Below are positions 14,244 to 23,734 of a DNA stretch of 57,716 nt, piece after piece (positions within the stretch are counted from its first letter, which is position 1; each line of letters starts with the position of its first letter). The translations under genes and the position numbers were made by a program. The notes under the pieces were generated by a model, which had not been told where the DNA came from, made no database searches, and saw only the letters and a program-made list of their open reading frames with translations. The stretch is taken from positions 1-57,716 of IMG/VR virus record IMGVR_UViG_3300044759_000129, one strand, 5' to 3'. This stretch comes from a virus.

Positions 14244-16325
14244 CTAGGTGCCCAGCACGTAGGACTGGCTGCCGTAGTTCGTCAGGTGCGGCTGGGTCTG
14301 GAGCAGCCGGAGCCGGATGGCCTCACGCCATTGGCCTTGCCCGCGCGGGTCCCAGGCGATGGTCTCCTCCCATTCCCAGAGCGAGACCCGCTGACCGCTC
14401 GTGCCCCCGTTCGGGAGGACGAGCAGGAAGTCCGTGGGGGTGGTGGCGAGCGCGAACAGATTGGTCCGGATCTGACTCGCCCCGATCTTGAGCGCGTGGC
14501 CGTCATTTGCCAGCAGCCCGTCCTCGCAGAGGATGTACAGGTCGTAGGCCAGGGTCACCACGGGCCGGATGGCAAAGCCAATGCCCCACCCCGTCATCAC
14601 CGGGCTGGCGGTGCTCACATTCGTGGTAAACGCCCACGCCCAGGCCAGGCTGAGGAAATCAATGCCGGTCGACGCATCCGTCTTCTGTCCCGGGGGATAG
14701 GCCCCGGCGACCCCGGTCGTGTTCCCGCCCCACCCGAGCGCGCCCTCGCCGGTGCCCCCGATCGCGGTGGGGAGCAGACTGTCGTCGTAGTAGCCGATCG
14801 AGCTGATCGACACGGCGCCGTTGAGGGTGCCGTCACTCACCACGACGGCGACCCAGTGGAGATGCTTCTGGTCCACCGAGAAATGCGCATCAAAGTTGCT
14901 GGTGTACAGGTAGCCCAGACTGCGGTAGCGGTAGCTGCTACACGCGTGCGGGTTGGGCACGCAGTTCAGCAGGTAGTGGCCAATGCGGCCATCGGCGAAG
15001 CCGAGGTAGACCCGCTCGTGGTTGGTGGCCGCCCCCGGGGTCACCCGGGCCAGGGCCGTGATCTTGGAGGTGTACTGCTCCGAGATGGCCCCGTGCCAGG
15101 CATCCAGCCGATGGGAGATGCCGTCATCCCCCGTTCTCCAGGCACCCCATTTTAGTAAGTGACTGGTCGCATTGTCCGCATCATCGCTCCAGATGCCGGC
15201 GACCAGCCCCCATGGCGTCGCGACGCTGGCCGTGAGGCGCCCGCGCACGTCGGTATTGTTCTCCGTCATCCGCTCGGGGCCGATAGGCCGCACGCTCCCA
15301 CCAGGCCCGATGGCATAGGTGCTCCCCGAGTACACGGCCACGATGTCATTTTCGAAGACGCTCTGGTAGCGCCCATTGTCCGCGTTGGGTTGGAAGTTGA
15401 GATTGCTCGACAGCTGGATGACCGAGGCATCCTCCAGGATCACGTACCAGCCGTCCGTCTTGAAGACGTACAACGTGCCATCGGGGTGCAGCACCATGCG
15501 CACAATCGGGCTGGTGGCATCGCCCACCCGCGCCACGTCGACATGATTGGCGAGCACAAAGGGATCCGCCGTGCCCAGGCATTTTGAAACGAGGTTGGTG
15601 CTGTAGGCGCGGAAGAGCGCATTCCCCGCCCCTTTACAGAAGCAGAGCGCCTGGATGTCCGCGCTCTGCGTCCAGGTGGTCGAGTTGGTGGCACCGTCGT
15701 AGCGCCAGATGAAGTCGCCGGCCCCGTCGCCGAGCGCCACGAAGGCGTAGGTCGTGCCGCCCGTCCCCGTGTTCTGCGCCCACACGACGACGTCGGTGGC
15801 GGCGTTCCCCGCCCCGAAGTCCTTGCTCGTGTCCCAGTCGCTCGCCGCATCCCCGTCGTTGCGCACCTTGGCGTACCGGCCATTGAGCGCGAACGTGCGG
15901 CGGGTGGTCCCCCCCACCACCTGGGTCCAGAAGTGGGAGATCCCATTGGTCGAATCAACATCACTGTCGGGCGTCACCACCGTAATCAGGGGCCCGAGCT
16001 GCACGGCGCCCTCGCAGGAGCAGTCCACGCCAATGGTCCAGTAGTAGCGCGTCAGATCATCACTGTGGTTGCGGATGTAGCGCTGGCCGTAGCCCCCATG
16101 GAACTCGGTCTGCGCGAACGTCGCCTCCACCTGCGGACTGAGCGCGCCGTATTTGAACTCAGTGGGGGACGCTTGCATCCCGGGCATGGTGGCGGCCGTC
16201 ACAAAGCTGCGGGACTCCTCGTCCTTGAAGCCGCACATGTAGCCGAACAGCGTGGCCGACGTGAGCCCCATCCGGACGTGGAAGGGCCAGGGGGATTCGC
16301 GCTTGTTGCCCGTGCGGAACGCCAT
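14244..16325 (-). CDS. Large virion structural protein (693 aa), possible tail or nozzle protein
   Basis: ORF track. Position within the tail block; beta-rich sequence. No family named. Confidence 0.65.
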   Translation of the reverse strand: MAFRTGNKRESPWPFHVRMGLTSATLFGYMCGFKDEESRSFVTAATMPGMQASPTEFKYGALSPQVEATFAQTEFHGGYGQRYIRNHSDDLTRYYWTIGVDCSCEGAVQLGPLITVVTPDSDVDSTNGISHFWTQVVGGTTRRTFALNGRYAKVRNDGDAASDWDTSKDFGAGNAATDVVVWAQNTGTGGTTYAFVALGDGAGDFIWRYDGATNSTTWTQSADIQALCFCKGAGNALFRAYSTNLVSKCLGTADPFVLANHVDVARVGDATSPIVRMVLHPDGTLYVFKTDGWYVILEDASVIQLSSNLNFQPNADNGRYQSVFENDIVAVYSGSTYAIGPGGSVRPIGPERMTENNTDVRGRLTASVATPWGLVAGIWSDDADNATSHLLKWGAWRTGDDGISHRLDAWHGAISEQYTSKITALARVTPGAATNHERVYLGFADGRIGHYLLNCVPNPHACSSYRYRSLGYLYTSNFDAHFSVDQKHLHWVAVVVSDGTLNGAVSISSIGYYDDSLLPTAIGGTGEGALGWGGNTTGVAGAYPPGQKTDASTGIDFLSLAWAWAFTTNVSTASPVMTGWGIGFAIRPVVTLAYDLYILCEDGLLANDGHALKIGASQIRTNLFALATTPTDFLLVLPNGGTSGQRVSLWEWEETIAWDPRGQGQWREAIRLRLLQTQPHLTNYGSQSYVLGT

Positions 16326-16328
16326 CGG

Positions 16329-17324
16329 CTACCAGCGATTCGCGTAGAAACTCAGGCGCCTGCGGAAGCGCCGGGGCGGCAGGTCCTCAAGGGCCTTCTG
16401 CTGTTCCGTGTTCCACTTGTGCGCCCAGGTATCCTGCATCGACTTGATGTGGTCCCCGGCGGCATCCGACAGCTCGTTCCGCGTGTTCCGGGCGATCTCC
16501 ACCAGGCTGCCCCAGGTCACCGCGTCGGTGCAGACCGGCGCCTCGTCGGTCTCCAGCACCAGCCCGCTCTGGCTCCCGAAGCTCCCGCCACTGGCCCGGC
16601 AGTGGTCGTAGGCCCGCTTCGCCGCCCGAACATAGATGCGCTCGTTCGTGGCAAAGGTGCGGGGTGAGTGATTGAGGTAGAGGGTGGCGCCGTCCCGCTC
16701 CCCCTCGGCGTCCAGGTGATGATGCCGATAGGGGTCCACATTGGCCCGGGTCTCGCTGGTCTGCAGGATGCCCACGTCCAGCACCTGGTCGAAGCTCCGG
16801 AGCCAGGTCTGCGAAGCGAGACTGTGGCGGATGGCGCCCGCCGTGGGGGTGATGGTGAACTCGACCGTCAGCCAGATCCGCTTCAGACAATCGTTGATGG
16901 CGTCGGTCCACGAGTAGGTGGTCAGATCATCGCTGTACGGCCAGCACAGGCCGTGGAGCTCGACGACCTTCTCGTCGGGCACCGTCGCCCCACTCCAGGC
17001 CCGATCGGGCACCACGGTCCCGGAGCTCGCCGTATAGCTGGCCACCACCCGCACTTTGTCGTTCGCGGCGGCCGCCGGCAGGTAGAGGTAGTACCCATCG
17101 ACGAGGGCATTCTGGGACAGCGTGGAGCCGAGCGCCCCGGTGGCGGTGAACACGATGCTGCTCGCACTATTCCCGCTCGCGGGCGCCGTCGCCATGTAGA
17201 AACGTCCGCCGGCCCGGGCGCCCGCCCGCCGCAGCGTGGTCAATGAGCAGCCCACTTCCACCTCCCCGCCACCGCCGCCACCGGACAGGAGACCGGCCCC
17301 AACCAGGATTGGTACGAGTGTCAT
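16329..17324 (-). CDS. Virion structural protein (331 aa)
   Basis: The ATG at 17324 overlaps the upstream TGA (TGATG). Confidence 0.6.
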   Translation of the reverse strand: MTLVPILVGAGLLSGGGGGGEVEVGCSLTTLRRAGARAGGRFYMATAPASGNSASSIVFTATGALGSTLSQNALVDGYYLYLPAAAANDKVRVVASYTASSGTVVPDRAWSGATVPDEKVVELHGLCWPYSDDLTTYSWTDAINDCLKRIWLTVEFTITPTAGAIRHSLASQTWLRSFDQVLDVGILQTSETRANVDPYRHHHLDAEGERDGATLYLNHSPRTFATNERIYVRAAKRAYDHCRASGGSFGSQSGLVLETDEAPVCTDAVTWGSLVEIARNTRNELSDAAGDHIKSMQDTWAHKWNTEQQKALEDLPPRRFRRRLSFYANRW

Positions 17325-18220
17325 CAGGGCACCCCCACAAATGGCCACGTCACTCCCGCCCCGCCCCCAAACAGGTTGGTCCGTTCGGTCGCGGTCAGGA
17401 TGCGGTGCCACAGGCCCACTTCATCGACCCGCCCGGTGAGGTGAAAGGTGGAGTCGCCGCTCGCGCCAATGGCGAAGGCGTTGGTCTCGCCGGTGCGCGG
17501 CGTGCCCGACCCGGTGTGGCTGTCGAGGGCACCGCCGTTTACCGCGATCCGCACCGTCATGGTCGCGCGGGTGAAGTCCATCAGCAGGAAGTACCAGGTG
17601 CTCGTCGCCGGCGCGCCGAAGGTGCTGGCCGTGACCCAGGGCGTCGTGCCGCCGCCGTCGACGGAGATAAACGCGCGGAAGCGGTCAGACGCGCCGTCGT
17701 AGTACAGCGCATACTCCCCGTTCGTGCCGTATTTGCCAACGATGATCTGCACCGCCGCCGTCTTGCTGGGCAGATAGGCCCAGGCAGCAATCGTCATATC
17801 CCCACTGCCGAGCGCGACTGCGGCGTTGTGGGCCACACTCAGGTACTCGCTGTCAGCCGCGACAAACACCGCAGCAGTGCCGACCTTGCCGGCGGTACTG
17901 GTCACCGTGTTGATGTCGGTCAGGTGGCTGGTCCCGACCACGTCCGAGCGCGTGCCCGAGCTTTCGTCGAGCGGCCAGTAGCCGTCGAGGTCGACGAGCA
18001 GGCCGCTCCCCGTGTCGACCACCGGCGCCACCGCCGTGACCGGGATCGCCAGTGGCCCCAGTGTGATATTGACGGGGATGCCCAGGCCAGAGACCACCGG
18101 TGCGACCGCCGTGAACGAGACGGCCACGGGGCCGAGGGTGAAGGCGACCGGCGTGGGGGGTGCGGCGGGTACGCTGCTGCCCTCGCGCCCACGCCAGTAA
18201 GACAGCGTCGCGGTCGGCAT
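17324..18220 (-). CDS. LamG / concanavalin-like lectin domain protein (298 aa)
   Basis: Motif YWPLDESSGTRSDVVGTSHLTD...DMTIAAWAY...GRVDEVGLWHRILT. Paralog of the C-terminus of 19668..21551 and of 22964..23734. Confidence 0.75.
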   Translation of the reverse strand: MPTATLSYWRGREGSSVPAAPPTPVAFTLGPVAVSFTAVAPVVSGLGIPVNITLGPLAIPVTAVAPVVDTGSGLLVDLDGYWPLDESSGTRSDVVGTSHLTDINTVTSTAGKVGTAAVFVAADSEYLSVAHNAAVALGSGDMTIAAWAYLPSKTAAVQIIVGKYGTNGEYALYYDGASDRFRAFISVDGGGTTPWVTASTFGAPATSTWYFLLMDFTRATMTVRIAVNGGALDSHTGSGTPRTGETNAFAIGASGDSTFHLTGRVDEVGLWHRILTATERTNLFGGGAGVTWPFVGVP

Positions 18221-18239
18221 CAGCAGCGTTCCCCCACCC

Positions 18240-19166
18240 TCACGAAATCTGCAAGAGGCCCTGCGCGTCTACCGGTGCGTACCCGATGTTCCGCGACCCA
18301 CAGTCGAGACAGCAGAGTCCATCGGTCGCACGAATACCGGCCGGCTGTCGCTTGATCCAGAGCTCCAGGTTCTCTGGGCGATTGTCATCACGCTTCCCAT
18401 TGAGGTGATGCACCTCTTCGTTGGACTGGAGCGGTCGTCCCATCATCTGCTCCATGACCAGGCGATGCTCAAAGACGACCTTTCGCTTGCGGCCCACGAC
18501 GGAATGGTGTTCCGGGTAATAGACATGCACGTACCCATGATGGTCAACCGTTTTCTTTCCCGGCTGGCCACCACGAGCAACACGCCGCTGTGCCGCATTG
18601 GACGCCGTGCGACAGGCATTCGAACACAAGCGGTGCGGTTGCGCTGGAGGAGTAGGGAAGGTCTTCCCACACCACTCGCACACCTTCTCGGTCGCACGGC
18701 CATAGGGTTTGCCGTGACGTAGCCGCCACCAGGCCCCATCCTCCGTACGTCCATAACACTTGACGACTTCGACCAAGACCGGCGTCGGATGCTGGAACTC
18801 CTGCGAACAGGCATTCGAGCAGAACCGTTGGCCCCGTCGAAGCCGGACGGGAAACTGTACCCCGCATTGTTCGCAGGCGATCTCTTCTCCACGAAGCCGC
18901 TGGCGTTCACCTTGATAGAACCACCAGCCGCCAACCGCATCCTGCTCCCAGCCTCGCACATGCGTGCGGTTCTTCTCCATCTGGATCTGTGGACGGGAGC
19001 GGTTCGCACAGGTGGTGGTACAGAACCGGGCACGAGCCGTCGGTAACGCCGGAAACCAGATGCCACAGCTCGCACATTGACGCTCGACCCCTCGGTATCG
19101 CTGCTTCGCATCGGTGTACCACCAGGTACCACTCGCATCTTGCTCCCACGTTCTCTTGACTCGCAT
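18240..19166 (-). CDS. HNH endonuclease with repeated N-terminal zinc-ribbon modules
   Basis: Motif [19 protein letters not shown]. Repeated C-x2-CG...RFCS-x2-C modules. Start chosen at ATG 19166 after GGAGG. Confidence 0.75.
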   Translation of the reverse strand: MRVKRTWEQDASGTWWYTDAKQRYRGVERQCASCGIWFPALPTARARFCTTTCANRSRPQIQMEKNRTHVRGWEQDAVGGWWFYQGERQRLRGEEIACEQCGVQFPVRLRRGQRFCSNACSQEFQHPTPVLVEVVKCYGRTEDGAWWRLRHGKPYGRATEKVCEWCGKTFPTPPAQPHRLCSNACRTASNAAQRRVARGGQPGKKTVDHHGYVHVYYPEHHSVVGRKRKVVFEHRLVMEQMMGRPLQSNEEVHHLNGKRDDNRPENLELWIKRQPAGIRATDGLCCLDCGSRNIGYAPVDAQGLLQIS

Positions 19167-19212
19167 ACCCCCTCCACCACAGTAATATGGTGAGTGGAAT
19201 ATACTTTCCACA

Positions 19213-19623
19213 CTAACTTATGAAAAGGAGTCCCTCAGAGGCGACAGTAGCTGTTACATCGGTTCCGTTCCCGGTAAAGGAAGCGTCGAACCAGGCGATG
19301 GGCCGATCATTGGCGGCCGTCCCGTCGACGTGCTCATAGAGCAGGATGCCCGCCGCGGCGCGGGTGCCCGCCCCAAGGGCGGTCCACACAATGGGGCTGG
19401 TCACGGTGAACTCCGCCCGGTCGTTCGTCGCGTCCTGCGCAATGGCCTCGCCCCCCATGGTCTTGCGCACGTAGCCGCTGCCGTCGTACTCGTCGAGCGT
19501 GCCGATGGCCGACAGCGTGGCGGCATCCTCATCGGTATCCGCGGTCGTATTGGTCATGCAGATCAGCATGCGACTATCGACGGTCGACAGGTTAAGGAGC
19601 GCCGTGCCCAAACGGAGCTTCAT
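19213..19623 (-). CDS. Hypothetical structural-module protein (136 aa from first ATG; possibly starts at ATC 19647)
   Basis: ORF track. The only strong SD (GAGGAGG, 19662..19656) precedes the in-frame ATC at 19647. Confidence 0.6.
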   Translation of the reverse strand: MKLRLGTALLNLSTVDSRMLICMTNTTADTDEDAATLSAIGTLDEYDGSGYVRKTMGGEAIAQDATNDRAEFTVTSPIVWTALGAGTRAAAGILLYEHVDGTAANDRPIAWFDASFTGNGTDVTATVASEGLLFIS

Positions 19624-19667
19624 TGGCGTATATACAAAATCGGTGATTTTCGTTACCTCCTCGCGGA

Positions 19668-21551
19668 TTACGCGAACGTCGGGTAGGTCACACCGGCCCC
19701 GCCGTTCCAGAGCGTGGCCAGTTCCCCCGTCGTCAGGCAGCGGGTCCAGTAGCCGACCTCGTCGATGCGCCCCGTGAACGGCAATGCCCCGTCGCGCGCG
19801 CCCATCTCGATGGGGGCAGTGCCGGCGAACACCCCGGTGCTGTGGGACGTCGTCTGGACCGTGCCGGCGTCCGCCTGCACGCGGATCTGGTTGGCGGCGG
19901 CGTCGTGGATCAGGGTAATGAGATGCCAGGCGCCGGTCGACGGCGTCCCGAAGCTGTTCATCGCGATGGGCACATCCGCCAGTCCGTCCGCCGAGATGAT
20001 CCAGAAATAGTAGCCCGCCCCGGCATCGTAATAGAGCGTGTAGGACGCCTGCGCCGACGCGTACTTGCTGATGATGATGGATGTCACCAGGTCGTCCGGA
20101 TAGACCCAGAGCGCGATGGTGAAGTCGAAGTTGCCAACCGCGATGGCCGCGCTGTGCGCCACCGTCAGCGACTCGGTGTTGGCGGCGGTGAACTGCGCCG
20201 CCGTCCCCGCGATGCCGGGGTTGCTGGTGACCGTATTGACGTCGGTCAGGTGGGCGCTCCCCACACTGTCGCTGCGCGTGCCACTGCTCTCGTCAAGCTT
20301 CCAGTAGGCGGCGAGGCCGGTCAAGAGCGAGGAGGGAGCCGCCCCACCGGTGATCACGAGTGGGACTGGCGTGAGGGCGACCGCGAGCGGACCGAGGTCG
20401 AGGTAGATGACATCTGCCAGGGCGGCGCCGCCGTCGATGCGAAAGCGCTCCCCACCCGCGTAGAACACCAGGTTGCGATTCCCCGTCCCCGCGTCCTCGA
20501 TCAGGAGACGGCCATCCTCGGCGGTGGCAGCGTCCGGCAGGCTGGCGGTCGCGACCACCTGGTGCTTCGTTTTGCCGTTGACGTTGACCCACACCGTGTC
20601 GGTGCCGGCGTCGTCGATGTCCCCGCCGCCGTTCGGGTCGGTCGTGATGTTGACCAGACGGACGTTGGTCGCGCCGGCGTCGATCTTGATGGTGAAGAGG
20701 GGCACACGTTCTGGCCCGTAGGGGAGAATCGTCGTGTCGTAGATCGTGATATGGTCAGAGGTTGCCCCGATGCGAATCGTCGACCCGCCGTCAGAGGCGA
20801 ACAGCACGGGACAGTGGAAGACCACATGGCCGCACGCCTCAAAGTACCAGCCACCAAAGGGGCCGGACTCGTCCTGCACCGGGCAGTCGATCAGCACGGT
20901 GTTGGTGCTGCCGTTCAGGCGCACGTTCGCCCCGGCAGAGCTATTGGCGAACAGGCTCGCCCGCAGATGAACCCCGCCACAGCCGTTCAGGAGCAGGCAA
21001 TTCGTCGTGCCATTGGTGATGTGGCAGTCGGTCAGGGAGACCCGGTTGCAGGCGGCAAGCTGGACCCCGTAGTTGAAGGAGGTCACGATGAGATTGTCGA
21101 TAACCAGGCCCGCGGCCGTCGACGCGTAGATCCCGATGCCGGTGGTGGTCGGCCCCACCAATTGCAGGTTCCGCAGCGCCACCCCCCGCGAGCCCGACGG
21201 GACCTGGAGGGCGATCGCGCTCCCGATGTCGGTGGCGTCGATGACCGTGCCCACCGTCTCTCCGATATACCCCGGCCCCACCCCCGTGAGCTGCGTGGCG
21301 GTCCCGAGCGTCACGGTCGAGGTGATGCGGTAGACGCCGGCCGGGAGGAACACCAGCCCGCCGTCCGCGCGGGCGTCAATGGCCGCCTGGATCGCCGTGG
21401 TGTCATCCGTCACGCCATCGCCCACCGCGCCGTAGGCGGTGACGTCAGCCCAGCCGCCAGCGGAGGTGATCCCCCCGGTAACCGTGAGGCTGCCGGTGAT
21501 GGTCTTGTCACCGGTGAAGGTGGCGGTCTCGCCGGGGGCAGAGAACGGCAT
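19668..21551 (-). CDS. Tailspike: pectate-lyase-like beta-helix plus C-terminal LamG domain
   Basis: Motif DVTAYGAVGDGVTDDTTAIQAAID. Repetitive beta-helix-like segments. C-terminal YWKLDESSGTRSD...GRIDEVGYW. Confidence 0.8.
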   Translation of the reverse strand: MPFSAPGETATFTGDKTITGSLTVTGGITSAGGWADVTAYGAVGDGVTDDTTAIQAAIDARADGGLVFLPAGVYRITSTVTLGTATQLTGVGPGYIGETVGTVIDATDIGSAIALQVPSGSRGVALRNLQLVGPTTTGIGIYASTAAGLVIDNLIVTSFNYGVQLAACNRVSLTDCHITNGTTNCLLLNGCGGVHLRASLFANSSAGANVRLNGSTNTVLIDCPVQDESGPFGGWYFEACGHVVFHCPVLFASDGGSTIRIGATSDHITIYDTTILPYGPERVPLFTIKIDAGATNVRLVNITTDPNGGGDIDDAGTDTVWVNVNGKTKHQVVATASLPDAATAEDGRLLIEDAGTGNRNLVFYAGGERFRIDGGAALADVIYLDLGPLAVALTPVPLVITGGAAPSSLLTGLAAYWKLDESSGTRSDSVGSAHLTDVNTVTSNPGIAGTAAQFTAANTESLTVAHSAAIAVGNFDFTIALWVYPDDLVTSIIISKYASAQASYTLYYDAGAGYYFWIISADGLADVPIAMNSFGTPSTGAWHLITLIHDAAANQIRVQADAGTVQTTSHSTGVFAGTAPIEMGARDGALPFTGRIDEVGYWTRCLTTGELATLWNGGAGVTYPTFA

Positions 21552-21955
21552 TACGTCCCCTCCGTGACGAGCATGGTTTTGCTGCCGGTGCTGGCGTGGA
21601 TCGCGTGGATGGCGCCGGTCGTGAGGTTCCCGAAGGGCGAGCTCATCTCGTACGCCACACCCACTCCCAGGGGAATGCCCGCGCTCGCCACGGCAGTCGC
21701 CCCGATGGCGAGGTAGATCGTGGCATCGGAGTCATTGACCAGCAACAGGTACTTGCGGTCCGCATTGGCGGCCACCGGTGTGGTGTCGCTGGTCGTCACC
21801 GCCGCGCTGGTATGGGTCGCGGTGTCGTAGGAGGGCAGCGCATAGAGCGCGATCTCCTCGATCTCGACGTCGTCGGCACCCCGCGTGATCTGCTGCGTGG
21901 CCATCTTTTTGGTCGGGCTGGCCGGCTCCTCGACGCCGACGTAGGAATCCACCAT
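21551..21955 (-). CDS. Hypothetical structural protein (134 aa)
   Basis: ORF track. Confidence 0.55.
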   Translation of the reverse strand: MVDSYVGVEEPASPTKKMATQQITRGADDVEIEEIALYALPSYDTATHTSAAVTTSDTTPVAANADRKYLLLVNDSDATIYLAIGATAVASAGIPLGVGVAYEMSSPFGNLTTGAIHAIHASTGSKTMLVTEGT

Positions 21956-21956
21956 G

Positions 21957-22964
21957 TCAATACCCCAGCGCGAATTGTCGGTGGGCCAGCCCCTCGACCG
22001 TGAGGGAGCCGTCCGACTGCACGAGATTCCCGTACCACCCGTCGGCAGAGCAGACCTGCTGGTGGCTGGCGAAATACAACGAGGTCACCACGCCCCTGGT
22101 CTGCATCCCGTTCAGCATGTCGCGGGTGTAGCGGGACCGACTCTGGTCACTGGCGCCAATCACCGAGCAGTCGGCATTCAGGCGCCGCAGCCCCCACTCC
22201 GTCACGTAGATGGGCTTCCCTTTTCTGCGATACCAGTTCTTCAGGCCGTCCACCTGGCGCAGGCCGTGGGCCGTGGCGTAGGTCCCCGGGTCAGACCAGG
22301 CCTGGTCGGTCCAGGGGTGGATCTGGAGCGCCCAGCCATCCGTCGGCGGGTCCTGCCAGCCGAACTGTTGGCGGTAGCTGTCGACGAACCAGTTCATCGC
22401 ATCCCGCCCCTGGGTGCAGCAGGAGGAGCCGCCGCCGTCCCAGTTCCAGGTGCTGGTCGGGATGACCTTCGCCGTCGGGTCGCCCGTCTTGATGGCCTCG
22501 CGGATGGTCCTGTACCAGCGGGCATAGACGGTGGCCTGCTCCCGGGTCTTGAGCGAGCAGTCCTGGGCGCAGAGATTGCCCTCGTTGCCGAGGATGTAGG
22601 TCAGGCCCCGGTGGGTGGCGGCGTACTGCGTAATCTGGGCGGGACAGGTGTTCCAGGCGTGGTACTGTTGCGTGCCGTTACAGTCCTGCTGCATTGGGCT
22701 ATGGCCGTTGGCGTTCACCAGGCGCAGCTTCTCCGGACCGGCATCCGACTGAAACGGGTGGTCGTAAGCCCGATACACCGTGCCGCCGAAGCGGGCGAGG
22801 GCTGATTGGGGTGTTTCAGTTGGAGGGAGGAAGCCGCTCGGTACCCAGTCCACTCCGACCTGCATGCCGGCAGCGAAAACGAAAGGGAGCGCGATGGCCC
22901 CCCAGAGGAGGGCGCCCAACCCACCCGCGATCACGAGGCCCCGCCAGAACCGGAGGTCATGCAT
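21957..22964 (-). CDS. Membrane-anchored or secreted clan GH-A-like glycoside hydrolase
   Basis: N-terminal TM segment. Candidate catalytic Glu motifs ILGNEGN and IYVTEWG. Confidence 0.6.
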   Translation of the reverse strand: MHDLRFWRGLVIAGGLGALLWGAIALPFVFAAGMQVGVDWVPSGFLPPTETPQSALARFGGTVYRAYDHPFQSDAGPEKLRLVNANGHSPMQQDCNGTQQYHAWNTCPAQITQYAATHRGLTYILGNEGNLCAQDCSLKTREQATVYARWYRTIREAIKTGDPTAKVIPTSTWNWDGGGSSCCTQGRDAMNWFVDSYRQQFGWQDPPTDGWALQIHPWTDQAWSDPGTYATAHGLRQVDGLKNWYRRKGKPIYVTEWGLRRLNADCSVIGASDQSRSRYTRDMLNGMQTRGVVTSLYFASHQQVCSADGWYGNLVQSDGSLTVEGLAHRQFALGY

Positions 22965-23734
22965 CAGGGGAGTCCAGTAAAGGGGTATGCGGCTCCGGAG
23001 CCACCCCCGTAAAGAGCAGCCCGCTCCGCTGCTGATAAGACTTTTTTCCAGTACCCGGCCTCATCGACCCGTCCATCCAGGGGGAGCACGCCGGCCCGCG
23101 CGCCCAGCTCAAACGGGGCGGTGCCCGCGAAGACCCCGGCGCTGTGGGCCACGACCTGCGCCGTCGTGGCATTCCCCTGCACGGTGATCTGGTTGGCCGC
23201 CGCGTCGTGAATCAGGGTCATGAAGTACCAGGTTGCGACGATTGGCGTTCCCAGCACATTCATCTGGATCGTCACATCGGTCGCGGTGCCGTCGGAAGAG
23301 AGCAGCCAGATGAAGTTCCCCGCCCCGCTGTCATAGTAGAGGGTGTAGGACGCCTGCCCGGCGCTCCACTTGCTTACGAAGATAGACGTGGTCACCGTGG
23401 TGAAATAGACCCAGCACGCGATGCTGAAGTCAAAGTTGCCGACGGCCAGCGCCGCGTTGTGCGCCACCGTCAATGACTCAGTATTCGCCGCCGTGAACTG
23501 CGCCGCCGTGCCCACCTTGCCCGGATTACTCGTGACGGTGTTGACATCGGTCAGATGGCTGGTGCCAACACTATCGTTGCGCGTGCCCGAGGCTTCGTCG
23601 AGCTTCCAGTAGCCGGCCAGGTCGGTGAGCAGGGACGACCCGCCCGGCACGCCGGCCCCCGGCGTCCCCCCGGTCGCGGCATACAGCGTGCCAAAGCGGC
23701 CGCCGAGCCGGGTGTGGCGCAGGTTCGTCGGCAT
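22964..23734 (-). CDS. LamG-domain protein (256 aa)
   Basis: The ATG at 23734 overlaps the upstream TGA. About two-thirds amino-acid identity by eye to the tailspike C-terminus. Confidence 0.75.
   Translation of the reverse strand: MPTNLRHTRLGGRFGTLYAATGGTPGAGVPGGSSLLTDLAGYWKLDEASGTRNDSVGTSHLTDVNTVTSNPGKVGTAAQFTAANTESLTVAHNAALAVGNFDFSIACWVYFTTVTTSIFVSKWSAGQASYTLYYDSGAGNFIWLLSSDGTATDVTIQMNVLGTPIVATWYFMTLIHDAAANQITVQGNATTAQVVAHSAGVFAGTAPFELGARAGVLPLDGRVDEAGYWKKVLSAAERAALYGGGSGAAYPFTGLP

Noticed and set aside
13131-15155. Very long ORFs antisense to structural genes (13131..15155, 19842..21716, 32628..34505, 34686..36185, 36972..38846, 43809..46229, 46021..48135, 49218..51281, 51499..53610, all plus strand)
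   Set aside because: These are typical stop-poor shadow frames of a GC-rich genome. Their products are Arg/Gly/Pro/Ala-rich low-complexity sequence. They lack SD sites and lie opposite ORFs with recognisable domains.
17324-23734. A diversity-generating retroelement targeting the repeated LamG domains
   Set aside because: No reverse transcriptase ORF occurs anywhere in the window. Differences between the copies are spread over all base types rather than being adenine-specific.
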